Origin: a virus
Taxonomy: Duplodnaviria; Caudoviricetes
IMG/VR virus record: IMGVR_UViG_3300047160_036266
Span: 279,422-343,421 of that record
Strand: one strand, 5' to 3'
Length of the DNA: 64,000 nt
This document shows, piece after piece, positions 18,401 through 28,400 of the stretch. Made by a program: the position numbers and the translations under genes. The notes below the pieces were generated by a model. That model had not been told where the DNA came from. It saw only the letters and a list, made by a program, of their open reading frames with translations, and did not search any database. How positions within the stretch are numbered: position 1 is the first letter of the stretch; each line of letters opens with the position of its first letter.

Positions 18401-18631
18401 ACATGCCAGTTGTACGGCCTCTTGGACACTGGTTAATGCCGCCTGAGCGTATATGAGTTGGTCATATTCCGCCGGATTGCCCAGGGCAAAGTCTCGCTCG
18501 ACGTAAAAGATCGTGACACTGTTGACAATATACGGATTGGCGCTGAAGCAGTCGTCCGCATCTGGCGTCAGAATGTCGAACAGCACCGTATCATTGATGG
18601 TCGGGTTTTGATCTATCGTCTTAACTGCCAT
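15494..18631 (-). CDS. Baseplate wedge protein with a P2 gpI-like domain (1045 aa)
   Basis: LLDANATAEALLPLLARLF...RRQIKRAIPLLKGKGSITAL; position after the gp6-like gene. Confidence 0.75.
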   Translation of the reverse strand: MAVKTIDQNPTINDTVLFDILTPDADDCFSANPYIVNSVTIFYVERDFALGNPAEYDQLIYAQAALTSVQEAVQLACDNPTPENIEAAKVAQQAAASQATVAPVYFNEATPIAVIGNADFPAWLSTDPDNSPLQNIPTDDQGNPQFGHFQFAWNPVGVREGDYFICWTWAMLPAGTSQSAHDKFTLLGDTQATTSIPTHQTKPGKYETLLTQYLPLVYTTPLAVNDLTQPTLTSLNNAVAKGFTDLENLANQIVDLLDANATAEALLPLLARLFNLKLRSSDPTRWRRQIKRAIPLLKGKGSITALQEAFQQAGMNMTKFTRMWQVISPYTWQDQFDFEGANTFVLTNMAQPVDPANFQLSIRHAADASYTLTNLAYVNFNTTQGITTMTWVGPPLQPGDSILILYLVSPVPNPNRQLVENYIRMLPLADQRDERAQIAPLKNWNVRIMDEDDPMFGVIIPNRHPFQEDVIFGKIRTEFPYSENAYMMDEYNGSLRDSYLPCDIDKDFLDPCSQCQGSKFSLDLEIQNLSNDRLLEAQEIIRDFVPFHAVLHAINFSGGVDEFIQSPVETIETLVQYTGQEEVVAGGAQYVFSRAMFGGFDVAQVKRNVLANSTLVVNNSSGTAYNDNIVIACPLVNFSRIGMNLGGHNVLEILAPSPLAGQYLLTLPNTNYANIAPIAPTTLTEPVSTAPFTFRLSNNVYANTAASITQDNLVELQDTNLSFSELGVVSEWDIAHGQSGGPWKIQIPAYSATPYTVNQVLPNGGLVLDYTSTLPPSNVTGITYNVLTDTSVQVASSTTGSLIITPRALVDISNDSMMSDLTTVTKIGQYMLDSAGGQYQISDFVPNGALIQKFHILGWTLGNVGSRTIHIYNRLADNQIGYLGYVGQELNAGTNLESSLGISNGSNPPATPLDNSYFKEDFLVVIGTDYYSIAAINGAHLTLTGTQYPWKTLAAGGTTVTFNIYQYIKQPYTIQGMRFDQIDRRGKEIITNDQDLNAVLGAAPPQFLFSQLNKPAGQVVDSIAQGESVQFTIEYADGTKEKGEI

Positions 18632-18638
18632 GTCTTCC

Positions 18639-20198
18639 TTATTCGTACATGAATGTTACCGTAATCATATCGGGTCGAATTATCTCATAGAACTCGGTGG
18701 TAACTATCGTCCCGGAGTTCGCCGGATCATTAGTGACGAAGTTGATTTCATAGCGGGAAACCTGGCCGATAGTGGATAGTGCCTTCACGATGTCCGAGTC
18801 GCGCAACGTCTGGCCGTATTCCCAATTGGTCAGGGCGAAGAACGACTTAACCAAATTGGTGATCCTGATGTTATATTGGTCTTGGAACTTCTTGTAGGAC
18901 TTGTCCATTATCACTTCGATCCCGACATCCACCAGGACCACAACGCCGTCTTTGATACACACAAAATCCGTCACCATTTGCAGCCCTGCTAGATATTCTT
19001 GCAGGGCCACTTTAAGCTCGTTAGGGGCGGTTATCAGGCCAGCCGGCGGGCCGTTGGTGCCGTCGTAGGCCAGCACATAAATGTCCACCACGTTGGCGGC
19101 ACAACCGTAATTTCTCAGTACCGCCGTACTCTTGCCGACCTTGCCGTTGTACGGTGTGGCAAATTGGTCGCACAAGGTCTTGTAGTCCTGGGCCGTCACG
19201 GCTCGGTTTTGCGTCTGCAAATAAGCGGGTAATTTTTGGCGTATGTCATCAATGGTATCGCCATCGTAACCGAATTCACCCTTGGTATAATTGGACAGAT
19301 TGACCGGCACCGGGAATTGGATGCCGCTGACATTCGCAATGGTTTCGGTGTTTACGAAGTTGGTTACAATGTTGCCTTTGACCCCGCCTCCGACCCGATA
19401 GACTGCCTGAATAACGGACCCGGTGGATGGAATCAAACCGGCCAAATTGTTACCAAAAATAATGAAGGCGCTGTACGTTGAATCGTACTCAACTCGGTAC
19501 TCACGCCTGGGGTTCGAGTCGGTAAAGTAGTCCACCCGTTCCCAATAAACCCCGTCTACGCTCACCTGAATAGAGCCATAGATCACCGGGAAAAACGCTA
19601 GAGTGTAGTTCTGGTTGGGCTGGCCGTTGCCCACGAACTGATCGGTATAGGTAATGCCCTCCAGGCCAACGACATTGTTGTTGACGGCGCTGCCGGCCAC
19701 GATCATGATGTCCTGGCCGAAAATGGGATTGTTATTGGAATCTGCCGGGTACAGTTCTATGGTCATGTTCTGGTCGCCAAAGTTCACCTGTACATCGAGG
19801 GGAGCGGGCATGGTCAGGTCTTGCAACAGCGGGTTGTTTATTTTGGCACTCCACATGGAGCGGGCCGCAATAGGAGGAGTCGGCTGGAAACCCACAAGCC
19901 TTGCCAGGCGGAACGCATTGTCTATCTCAGTTACCGTGTCAATGAATACCTCGTTGGCGATCTGGTCGGTCTTGAAAGACAGGGTATCCGCCAGGAATGC
20001 CCAATTCTCGATCAGCATGATGGCCAGGTCCGATTCTACAAAGTCGTTGAACTGGTCGCCAAACTGCTGCTGAATGTAATCCACCAATCGGGCCTTCATC
20101 GACCAGAAATCCTGGTTCGTGTAGTTGAGGTTGAATATATTTGGTGGGACGCTCGCTTGTGATTGCGCAAACGGTGTCACTGGACAATCATTAGGCAT
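18639..20198 (-). CDS. Baseplate wedge protein, T4 gp6 / baseplate J-like
   Basis: YTNQDFWSMKARL, FGNNLAGLIP, YRVGGGVKGN and QNRAVTAQDY. Confidence 0.9.
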   Translation of the reverse strand: MPNDCPVTPFAQSQASVPPNIFNLNYTNQDFWSMKARLVDYIQQQFGDQFNDFVESDLAIMLIENWAFLADTLSFKTDQIANEVFIDTVTEIDNAFRLARLVGFQPTPPIAARSMWSAKINNPLLQDLTMPAPLDVQVNFGDQNMTIELYPADSNNNPIFGQDIMIVAGSAVNNNVVGLEGITYTDQFVGNGQPNQNYTLAFFPVIYGSIQVSVDGVYWERVDYFTDSNPRREYRVEYDSTYSAFIIFGNNLAGLIPSTGSVIQAVYRVGGGVKGNIVTNFVNTETIANVSGIQFPVPVNLSNYTKGEFGYDGDTIDDIRQKLPAYLQTQNRAVTAQDYKTLCDQFATPYNGKVGKSTAVLRNYGCAANVVDIYVLAYDGTNGPPAGLITAPNELKVALQEYLAGLQMVTDFVCIKDGVVVLVDVGIEVIMDKSYKKFQDQYNIRITNLVKSFFALTNWEYGQTLRDSDIVKALSTIGQVSRYEINFVTNDPANSGTIVTTEFYEIIRPDMITVTFMYE

Positions 20199-20655
20199 TG
20201 GTTACTCCTGGGTTTAAGTTGACGTTTACTGGCGTCGTTGCGCTGGCAAGCGGCACTTCCAATCTTAACTCCTGTACTTCTTTCATATTCTCCGGGTCAA
20301 AGAATAATATCTTGATGCTCAATATGTGGTCTATGTCCGTCTTGGTATCAAGTGGATTTAGTTCGTCTTCAGAAACACCGTTCGATACGTCGATCTGCGA
20401 CACCGTAATGCGTGGCTCCCACATCTGAATGCTGTTGATAATCATTTGTTTGGCACTGTCCGCCAACAAGTCATCGTTCTGCTCGAATATAAGAGTGTTC
20501 AGCGGAGTACCATAATCAGGCAGCATCACCCGCTCGCCTGGGTTCGTCAATAATAGCTGCAACAGGTCCGATTTTACTTGTTCAATTCCATGCTGAACGT
20601 GCAGCAGACCTCTGGGATGAACCGTGATTGGATACGGCGCTCCTAGAAACTTCAT
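20191..20655 (-). CDS. Baseplate wedge subunit, gp25/GPW-like
   Basis: LLLTNPGERVMLPDYGT...IQMWEPRI. Confidence 0.92.
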   Translation of the reverse strand: MKFLGAPYPITVHPRGLLHVQHGIEQVKSDLLQLLLTNPGERVMLPDYGTPLNTLIFEQNDDLLADSAKQMIINSIQMWEPRITVSQIDVSNGVSEDELNPLDTKTDIDHILSIKILFFDPENMKEVQELRLEVPLASATTPVNVNLNPGVTNA

Positions 20656-22925
20656 TATGCACCCCCTCCACCGCCTCCACCGCCACCGTTACCTCCACCG
20701 CCGCCGTTGCTACTGCTCATGTCGCAGAGCGGGTCGAGCATAAAGATAGATGCGGCGGGTGCGTCTTTGGAAGCCGTACCGTATATCCGGTCGCTGAGTC
20801 GTAAGCAGCCATCCATATAGACGACCACCGGGCCGACGCAGGGGCCTTTCGAGCCATCGGGTTCCGGGCAGTCCTTACCGGCTAGGAGAAGAATAACTTC
20901 ATCGGCCAGAAAAAGATGCAGCTTGGCAATATTCAGATAGTTTTGCTTTACGTCCACGATCTTGTCCCGGCTGACTATTTCCATCTTGTCAGAGGGGTTC
21001 TTGTCAGGATCGCCTACCATCTCGATCACGTTGTCGTAAGTGGAAAGAATGTAATCCCCGCCGGCTCGCAGGAAGATTTGGCCGGGACCGGACGGCTTCT
21101 CTTGGAACCGCATGATGTGCGGCCCCCGATCTTTGTTGTCCTTCTGAGGGCAGAATATCTGAATGTACTGCTCCTGGGTTTTCTCCTGGTCGTGATCGTC
21201 GGACCACTTCATCTCCAGGCCATAACCGGAGCGAATCCGAATAAACGCCTGATCGGCCTTGTTGTCCGGCGGAACCCCGCACTGTCGGCAGGGGGCGCAT
21301 TGTTTGTTGCCCTCGTCATGCAGTTCGATCATGTGCCGACTGGTAGACTCAAGCAGAATGCCCCGGCCCTTCCCGGCAAAATTGGGCGGGCATTGTCCGC
21401 CCGAACCGCTGTCGCTGTCGCACGGGTCGGCGCATACCGTGTCGTCACCCAACTCGAATAGGTTGCCGCAGGCCGTGCGGAACCTAATGCCGTTGGTGGG
21501 GCCTCGTATGCCTGCACATATTTCCGAATCGTCAAATATGATCTGGTGGCCGGTGGAGGAGCGCATGTACATGCGACCCACATATTTGCCATTGCAACCA
21601 GGATCAAAGGGCTGCAAGGATCGCTCCCAGGTAGGTTCGCCGCTTGGTTCTTCCACCGAATCGTCCATCACTATGGTGTGACCGCTGATGCTCATTAGCT
21701 GAATGCCGCTCTGGGGCAGGTCGCATTTATTCGGCCCGATACCCATTGCCTGGTACGGGCGGCATTCCTGCTGGTGCTTGAAAAAGGGATTGGCCCCGGT
21801 CTGGGAGTGGGCGTACTTGGTGTCTTTCTCCAAGCAATCGCCCCCAGGCGTTCGAGGGTGTCCCCCGACAATCGTGCTGTTACTTTCCTTGCCTTCGCAT
21901 TCGTCCTTTTCCTTGGCCGGTACGTCCTGTGGCTGCCCGCCCTGGCTCTGCGCAGAAATGGCTGCCAGCATGTCCTCCTGGCTGGATGAACCGGACCCGG
22001 AATCCTGGTCCGGCACCCCGGTATCCATCAGCCCTTTTTGCTTGGTCACGTCCTCGCTGGGGCTGGGATCGGATACGCCCTCCCAGCAGCTTACATCGCC
22101 GGGTGGTCCGCCACCGCAGGTTGGGTGTGCCCACTGGCCGGCAAAATGCAGGTGGTCGTCTTTCATCATGATCCAATTGCCGCAACCGGACATAAGCTCG
22201 ATGCGCTTCCAGCGACGGTTGCAACGTGGGTCGCCATCGACCATCTTCAGCATGTGCTTTTCCGGCGTCTTGAACCCAAATATATGCGGGTAAGTGATGC
22301 GCTTCTGGGCCTCCGGGTTGTTGTCAAAGTCCGCAACCGAGTTGATGTCAAAACCGTTGTAGTTTTCGGTATTCCACGGCGGAAAGACCTGGGATTCATC
22401 GTCCGGGCCGCACAGGTAGCCGTGGCGGTGGCCTTCCCAGATGCGCGAATATTCATCGACGTTGATACCCCAGACATGGTTGCCGGGTGTTCCTCTGTCT
22501 CGGCCCCAGGTCGTTCCGATATAATAGGGCGAATTTCTCTGTCCGCCCTCAAACACAATACATACCGTGGACCCAGCCGGCGGCACCCACGTCACGCCAC
22601 TATCATCGAAACCTCCGAAGGGCGAAACAGGGAAGGCCCAGGGCAGGGATTTAATGGGCCGCTGCGGGTCGTGAAAGAGTGGGCAGAAGAACCGGACTCG
22701 GTTCTGCTTCCATATGTCGATGGTGTCCACCACCAAGGCCGTGGCGATGCCCATTTGCTGCTCGGACTGCGGCACCATCATGAAATGGCTCTTCTGGACG
22801 TAGTGTTCCTCCAGGTTGGCCTGCGTTTGCTCAAGTTCGTCTTTCAGCCTTTGCAGGTCTTCATATACCCTGCGGATTTTCTCCGGTATGCTGATATTTT
22901 CAGGCAGCGGTTCTAAGTTTGGCAT
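20655..22925 (-). CDS. Baseplate central spike, gp5/VgrG-like, Cys-rich with a poly-Gly tail
   Basis: OB-fold signature RVRFFCP...LPWA...PPAGSTVCIVFEGGQRNSPYYIG; repeated hxhxSxxGHxhxhDD strands. Confidence 0.85.
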   Translation of the reverse strand: MPNLEPLPENISIPEKIRRVYEDLQRLKDELEQTQANLEEHYVQKSHFMMVPQSEQQMGIATALVVDTIDIWKQNRVRFFCPLFHDPQRPIKSLPWAFPVSPFGGFDDSGVTWVPPAGSTVCIVFEGGQRNSPYYIGTTWGRDRGTPGNHVWGINVDEYSRIWEGHRHGYLCGPDDESQVFPPWNTENYNGFDINSVADFDNNPEAQKRITYPHIFGFKTPEKHMLKMVDGDPRCNRRWKRIELMSGCGNWIMMKDDHLHFAGQWAHPTCGGGPPGDVSCWEGVSDPSPSEDVTKQKGLMDTGVPDQDSGSGSSSQEDMLAAISAQSQGGQPQDVPAKEKDECEGKESNSTIVGGHPRTPGGDCLEKDTKYAHSQTGANPFFKHQQECRPYQAMGIGPNKCDLPQSGIQLMSISGHTIVMDDSVEEPSGEPTWERSLQPFDPGCNGKYVGRMYMRSSTGHQIIFDDSEICAGIRGPTNGIRFRTACGNLFELGDDTVCADPCDSDSGSGGQCPPNFAGKGRGILLESTSRHMIELHDEGNKQCAPCRQCGVPPDNKADQAFIRIRSGYGLEMKWSDDHDQEKTQEQYIQIFCPQKDNKDRGPHIMRFQEKPSGPGQIFLRAGGDYILSTYDNVIEMVGDPDKNPSDKMEIVSRDKIVDVKQNYLNIAKLHLFLADEVILLLAGKDCPEPDGSKGPCVGPVVVYMDGCLRLSDRIYGTASKDAPAASIFMLDPLCDMSSSNGGGGGNGGGGGGGGGA

Positions 22926-24461
22926 TTATCCTAATCCTCCTGGTCCTCCTGTTTGCCCGGCTGGGGCAGGAAGAGCCACTTCAAGTGTTGTGGTATATGA
23001 ACCGTCAGCGATCTGGTGGTCTGCCCCCGATACTCTCCACTTATCGGAAGAGAAAATGTTATTGCATGGCGGGACGGCCAGCCAGTCGCACGACTCAGTT
23101 CCTTCTGATACAACCCGGAAGGGATTGACTACCACAATCCCGATTCGCCAATTTGCACCAACGTACACGTTGTTGGTGAACCTGGGATCACCCTGTATCT
23201 TTAGTTTGGCTGTGGTGGGCTGATAGGTGCCACTCGTATTACGTTGAGCCGCCAGATGCGAGTTGATGGCTGACTGTAACCGCTCCGCAACCAAGGCCGG
23301 CGGACGCCAGTTTACATCGCTTTGGGGCGGTGCCACGAAGGTCTGCACGCCCGAAGGTGGGGCCGGAGTTGAGCGGCTATAGAGGGTTCGACAAAGCGCC
23401 TGCCGTCGCTCCTGGGGTTGATCCGTTCGGCTGGTGAGACTTCGCTGCGCAAAGCCGCCGGGACCACCAGTAATATCTCCTGCCCCCAGGTTGAAGGCCA
23501 TGTCGTACTTGGTCTTTGGCTCGAATGATAAAACGGGGCTGCAATCACCGCCGTTGACGATAAAGGTTCCCCAAAACTCCCTGCCCGATGGGTTCTGGTT
23601 GCAGGCCAGCGTTGGGTCTTCCATGAACAGGATCGTGGGCGGATTCTGCATACAAGGGAGAATCGTGTAGACGCCCTTATCCCGATCCGTGGTAAGGCTA
23701 TTGAGCCATGTTCTCGATGCCGCCAGTGGTTGCTGTTGATTTGCCGCCCAGGTACTATACGGCCCGTTCCGACCGCCCTCGCTATTTCTAAAGGAATATT
23801 CTTGCAGAGTGCCATCCGCCATGCGCTGAAACTGCGTTCGCTGAACCGGAGGGTTGGTGCGGCTGTGAAGCTGCCGTATCGCCGGGACTAATCGCATCCG
23901 CTGGTCATCGCTGCCGAACGGCAGATTGACACGGGTACTTGCGCTACAGAGGGTTGCATGGATGGCCTTGATCGTGAACTTAACACGCCCGGCACTATAC
24001 TCGACCTCCAGTTCTTTGATGACTCCATAAATGTACCCGCCGAATGGGGCCGGTAGTCCAGACAGGTAGTATGGTTGAACGTATCCGGTGCTACAACTTT
24101 TCCTGATCCATCCAAAATCGGCGGTCAGAGAAAAATTGCCGCTGGTAATGTCCGAATATACGTTGTTAGCAAAGTCCGAGAACTCTCCTCCTTGCTCATC
24201 CATGATTTCGGCTACAACCTCATAGGCTTTTCCGCAACTTACCTGAAGGGATTTGAGTACGGCGGTGTTGTTGACAGCCGGTGCGGACTCATTACCAACG
24301 GTTACATAGCTACTGCTATTGGTTTCGCCCTCGCCTCGTGTCAATGACACGATGGCGTAGGGGGCCGCTACGGCTTCTGGCTCTGGTCCGCCACTCTGCC
24401 TGCTTCCAATGGAGGGTGGGTCTAGGTTATAAAATCTGAGGCAACTAAAATCACAAGCCAT
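22926..24461 (-). CDS. Baseplate hub protein, gp27-like
   Basis: C-terminal LKIQGDP...WRVSGADHQIADGSYTTTLEV; position upstream of the spike gene. Confidence 0.65.
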   Translation of the reverse strand: MACDFSCLRFYNLDPPSIGSRQSGGPEPEAVAAPYAIVSLTRGEGETNSSSYVTVGNESAPAVNNTAVLKSLQVSCGKAYEVVAEIMDEQGGEFSDFANNVYSDITSGNFSLTADFGWIRKSCSTGYVQPYYLSGLPAPFGGYIYGVIKELEVEYSAGRVKFTIKAIHATLCSASTRVNLPFGSDDQRMRLVPAIRQLHSRTNPPVQRTQFQRMADGTLQEYSFRNSEGGRNGPYSTWAANQQQPLAASRTWLNSLTTDRDKGVYTILPCMQNPPTILFMEDPTLACNQNPSGREFWGTFIVNGGDCSPVLSFEPKTKYDMAFNLGAGDITGGPGGFAQRSLTSRTDQPQERRQALCRTLYSRSTPAPPSGVQTFVAPPQSDVNWRPPALVAERLQSAINSHLAAQRNTSGTYQPTTAKLKIQGDPRFTNNVYVGANWRIGIVVVNPFRVVSEGTESCDWLAVPPCNNIFSSDKWRVSGADHQIADGSYTTTLEVALPAPAGQTGGPGGLG

Positions 24462-24468
24462 ATTCCTC

Positions 24469-24801
24469 CTATGCCATTAAGGTTGTTGTATTGGGTATCC
24501 TAATATTCGTTCCGGCCTTGAAGTCGTAAATATCGAATATGTTGTTGGCTTCCATAATCTTCCACCAATAATCGGAAAAGCCGTAGGCACGCTGCGCCAC
24601 CAAGTCGGGCCGGAACTCCAATCCCTTCGTCACCATCATGAATTTATCCTTGTCGGATGGCACGAACGCCTGCCGTTTGTAAGTGACAAAGGTGATCCGC
24701 TTCAGGTCGGTGTAATAGATAACGTCCGATTTGCTGTAACGACTGGTAGGCGGTACATATTGTCCTGCATTGATGGTTGTCGTTTCGATGCTGTTGGCCA
24801 T
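24469..24801 (-). CDS. Baseplate wedge gp53 / LysM-like tail protein
   Basis: RPDLVAQRAYGFSDYWWKIMEANNI...GTNIRIP. Confidence 0.85.
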   Translation of the reverse strand: MANSIETTTINAGQYVPPTSRYSKSDVIYYTDLKRITFVTYKRQAFVPSDKDKFMMVTKGLEFRPDLVAQRAYGFSDYWWKIMEANNIFDIYDFKAGTNIRIPNTTTLMA

Positions 24802-25335
24802 TTAACCTCCGCTCTGAATGATCCGTTCCTGGCCCGGCAAGTTGTTGCTGTCGTATACTACTTCCCACGTCAAATCCACGTCTAATTTGTACGGCAAGAA
24901 GGTTTGGGCGTCCCAAGCCACTTCCGTGGGGAATTTAACAGAGTAGCTTTTCAGCACCACACACAAGGGACCATCGGCCAGCAATCGCCCGCACTGTATC
25001 TTGGCGATGGGCGGTGGCACATAAGGCGTCGAACTGGTTCCCTGTCCCGGATAAACCAGACTTTCCAGTGCCCGCAGGTAGCCAAGGTTCTTGTTGATGT
25101 CCTGGGTCGTGCAAACAATCAGGTGAACCGTCATGGATATACTGCGGTTCTCACCGTGGGCAAAGGTCTTCAGCGGGAACGCCCGCCCGATCACATTCTC
25201 GTCCGAATACTGTGCCTGCTTGCCGTCCGAAATATCCGGCAGCACATTCAAGTTGATCGTCGGCCCTCGTGGTATCTGGATGTTGCATCTTTCCAGATTA
25301 TTAAGAGCGCCAGTTTGACTCGTAGCCTGTGGCAT
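24802..25335 (-). CDS. Tail-tube initiator (gp48/54 or P2 gpU-like)
   Basis: YSDENVIGRAFP, RSISMTVHL, PPPIAKIQCG, VLKSYSVKF; directly downstream of the tape measure. Confidence 0.75.
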   Translation of the reverse strand: MPQATSQTGALNNLERCNIQIPRGPTINLNVLPDISDGKQAQYSDENVIGRAFPLKTFAHGENRSISMTVHLIVCTTQDINKNLGYLRALESLVYPGQGTSSTPYVPPPIAKIQCGRLLADGPLCVVLKSYSVKFPTEVAWDAQTFLPYKLDVDLTWEVVYDSNNLPGQERIIQSGG

Positions 25336-25378
25336 AGTATCCTTGTGTTTGGGGAAGAGATGGGGGTGCTGGCTCAGG

Positions 25379-25384
25379 TATATA
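25379..25384 (-). promoter_or_regulatory. Candidate late-promoter TATATA box
   Basis: Intergenic, 43 nt upstream of the 25335 start. Confidence 0.5.
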
Positions 25385-25403
25385 TGAGTGTCAGCGGCAA
25401 ATG

Positions 25404-28400
25404 TTAGGAGTTGGCGAAGTTATTGGGCAGTACGCCTAAGTTGGCGCTCTGGACCGCCTGACCCATCGGAACGTCAGGGAAGCGTGGTGGACGACCTGGA
25501 ATGGTGCGATTCTGCGTGCGCCGTGGCTCGCCACCCATGCCGGTTACTGGCGCTGGCTTCGGCTTGAAGTATTCAACCAGCTTGGCCAGCAACTCCTTCT
25601 GCTCCTGCTCCACCGCAAGTGTCTGCGCTGTAAGTTTCGTCAATTCGGCCATTTCGGCAAGCGGACCCGTTGCTGCCGCCGGGGCCTGATCGGTAGCATA
25701 GCGCTGCTGCATTGCCGTGTGCAGGTCGGTCATGGACTGAGCCACGGCGACTTGCGTTGCCGGCTGCTCGGTGGCTGCCTCAAGTCGCACGCCGGTTGCT
25801 CCACCCAACGTCTGAATAAGACGGTTGACGGCCCCCATCGTTTCCACGTCATGAACGTAGATGCTACCCCGCTGCAAACCCTGGTTGGCCAGGTCCGTCA
25901 TGCCCTGGTTCGCCTGTGCCTGGGCTTGTTGATTCTGCTGCTGTGCTTGCTGTTGCTGCTGCTGTTGTTGAGTCTGCCTATCCCGCCACTGATTAAAGCT
26001 AGTTGTCAGGGGGCCGGTAGCAGCCCGAACACTGTCGCCCACAGTCTGGGAAATACCAGTGATACGTCCAGTCAGATTTGTGGTGGAATCCGCCACTGCC
26101 TTGGAGGTTATCTTTGCCGATCCCGTAACGGCCCTATCGACTCCCGTAACATTGGCTTGGGTACTCTGTTGGGAGGAGGTAGTTATGGTCTGTTCCGAGA
26201 AGCGGTTCTGGGTCTTTTGGGTGTAGACCATAGTGCTTATCAACTCGCGCAGGGCCTCTTCAACCCCAACATCCTGGGTTTGCTGAATCTCATCGGGACC
26301 GCCTGGGGCAGCCCCCGGTGCCCGTGGACCGGCATTGGCCCGGACTAATGCCGCCCCCATCGCTTTATCCATTCCGGCCATGCCTCCGGCGGCTTTAGGC
26401 GGTGCTGCGGCGGGTGTAACGCCGCCGCCGGGGGCTGCACCCGCTCCTCCCGGCCCTAATGCGGCGGGATTGACGAAGCTGGCCGTTGCATTACCCCCTG
26501 CCATATAATTGGCCAATTGACCGGCATCCAGGGGTGGCATTTTACTCAATGTCGTTGCCACATCGCTGATCTGCCCGAAATTGATCTTTGTAAGGCCCGA
26601 AACGTCCACGTCCACGTCTGCCAGACCCGCCAAAGTGCCGCTGAGGGTGGCAATAACCGTGTCCATCTCCCCCAAAACATCGTTGAGAACTTCAAGGGAG
26701 TCGATCACCCCCTCAAGTTCTTCTGTGTCGGCAAAGTTCTCCTTGATGGGGTCGATTATGCCTGTCCGTATTGCCTCTGCCGCCCCCTTGAAGAAGTTGG
26801 CGAACTTGTTGGTCGAGTCCGCAAGGTCAATATCCCAATCCGGGCCGGTGTTTAGCTTGTTCATTTGGGTGGTAACAGCATCAACAACCTCGTTCACCTT
26901 GGGGAGAATACGGGATACGGCGTCGATTTCCTTAACGACCTCTTCAAGCTTCCTCGAATGCGGGAAATACCTCCAGATGGGGTCGATTATACCAATGCTG
27001 ATACTGAGGGCGAGGCTTCTGAAGAATATAGCGAATCTAAAGGCATCCATCTGCTTCTTGGACTGGTCTTCCCAGGTCGGGAACTCTCTGCCGAACTTGT
27101 TGACCTCTTCCATCATCTTGTCGATGGTTTTCCGTACTTCCGGTATCAATTTCTGGACTATTTCTAGTCTCTTTAGCAGGTCAGCGAGTTCCGATGACGG
27201 CGGGAACCACACCTGGACCGGCTGGATCATGCCCTCGCTGATGCCCCTGGCAATATCCGTGAAGTAGGCGGCGAAGTCCCGGAACTTCCAGTTCATCTTG
27301 ACGCTCCTCCACCATATGCCGAAGAAGCTCTGGCCATAGTCCTTGATTTCATTCGTTATGTCTTCGCAAACCTTCCTGACCGCCGGGAGGAACTTCGGCA
27401 CCATTTCGAGGCGAGCGATCAACTCTTGGAATACCTTGGCCGGCGGGAACCACTGGCGCACCGGATCAATCATGCCCGCCTTCAGGTTCCAGGCTATATT
27501 TCGGAAGAAGGTGCCGAATGCAAACAAATCCCAGGCCGTATTCAACATCTGAGCGGCAACGCCGATTGTGCCGCCAAGCCTCTTCATTTCATTGCTCAAG
27601 GCGTCGATCATCGCTCCGACCTTCGGCAGCATGTTCCTTACCCCGTCCAAACGCCCGTTGACTTCCACGAAGAAGGCGCTCTCTGGGAAATATTTGCGAA
27701 TGGGTTCCAGAATGCCTTTGCCCAAAGCAACGGCTATGGTCCTGAAGAACTCGGAGAAGATCGTAACCTGGGCGGCAATGACGCCCTGCATTCTCCACCA
27801 CGGTGCCTTGGAGAACGTGTCCATCTCCTTGGCCAAGTCCTCGATAAACTTGGGCAGTTTCTTGACCAAATCAACCATGCCCTGAAGCTGGGCCTGCGCC
27901 TCCTGAACTTCCTGTGGCTTCGGGAAGGTAGTCTTGATCGGTATAAAGATGCCGTCACCCAGAGCGCGTGATATGCCGCCAAACCATTCGCCAAATTTCT
28001 TTACGGCATCGCCCATCGTTTTTACATTTGGCTCCCTGGGCGGGTCGTTGAACCACTTAATGCTGTTGGCCAAATCTACGATGAACTTCGGCAACAGGTT
28101 GATAAGCCGCACCGCACCCGCCAGGCTCATGGCCGCAATCGACAAGTCGCGTGGGTCGCCAATGTCATAGATGATCGGATCAACAATGCCGTGGCCGATA
28201 AAGTTGAACACCCCCTTGAAGAAGTCCTGGTAATTATCCGTGCTGTTCTCCAACTGTGTGAGGACGTTGCCGGCCAGGTCATCGCCCGCCTGCATCAGCG
28301 GGACCAGTCCATATTGAATGCCGTAGATTACCGGCGGGATGCTCTTGATAAGAGGCACCAATGCCTGCATGGACTCAGAAGCTATCTTCACGTCCCGTGG

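Noticed and set aside
20665-20710. GGN microsatellite as a phase-variation switch
   Set aside because: Triplet units at the extreme C-terminus cannot shift frame; treated as a Gly linker
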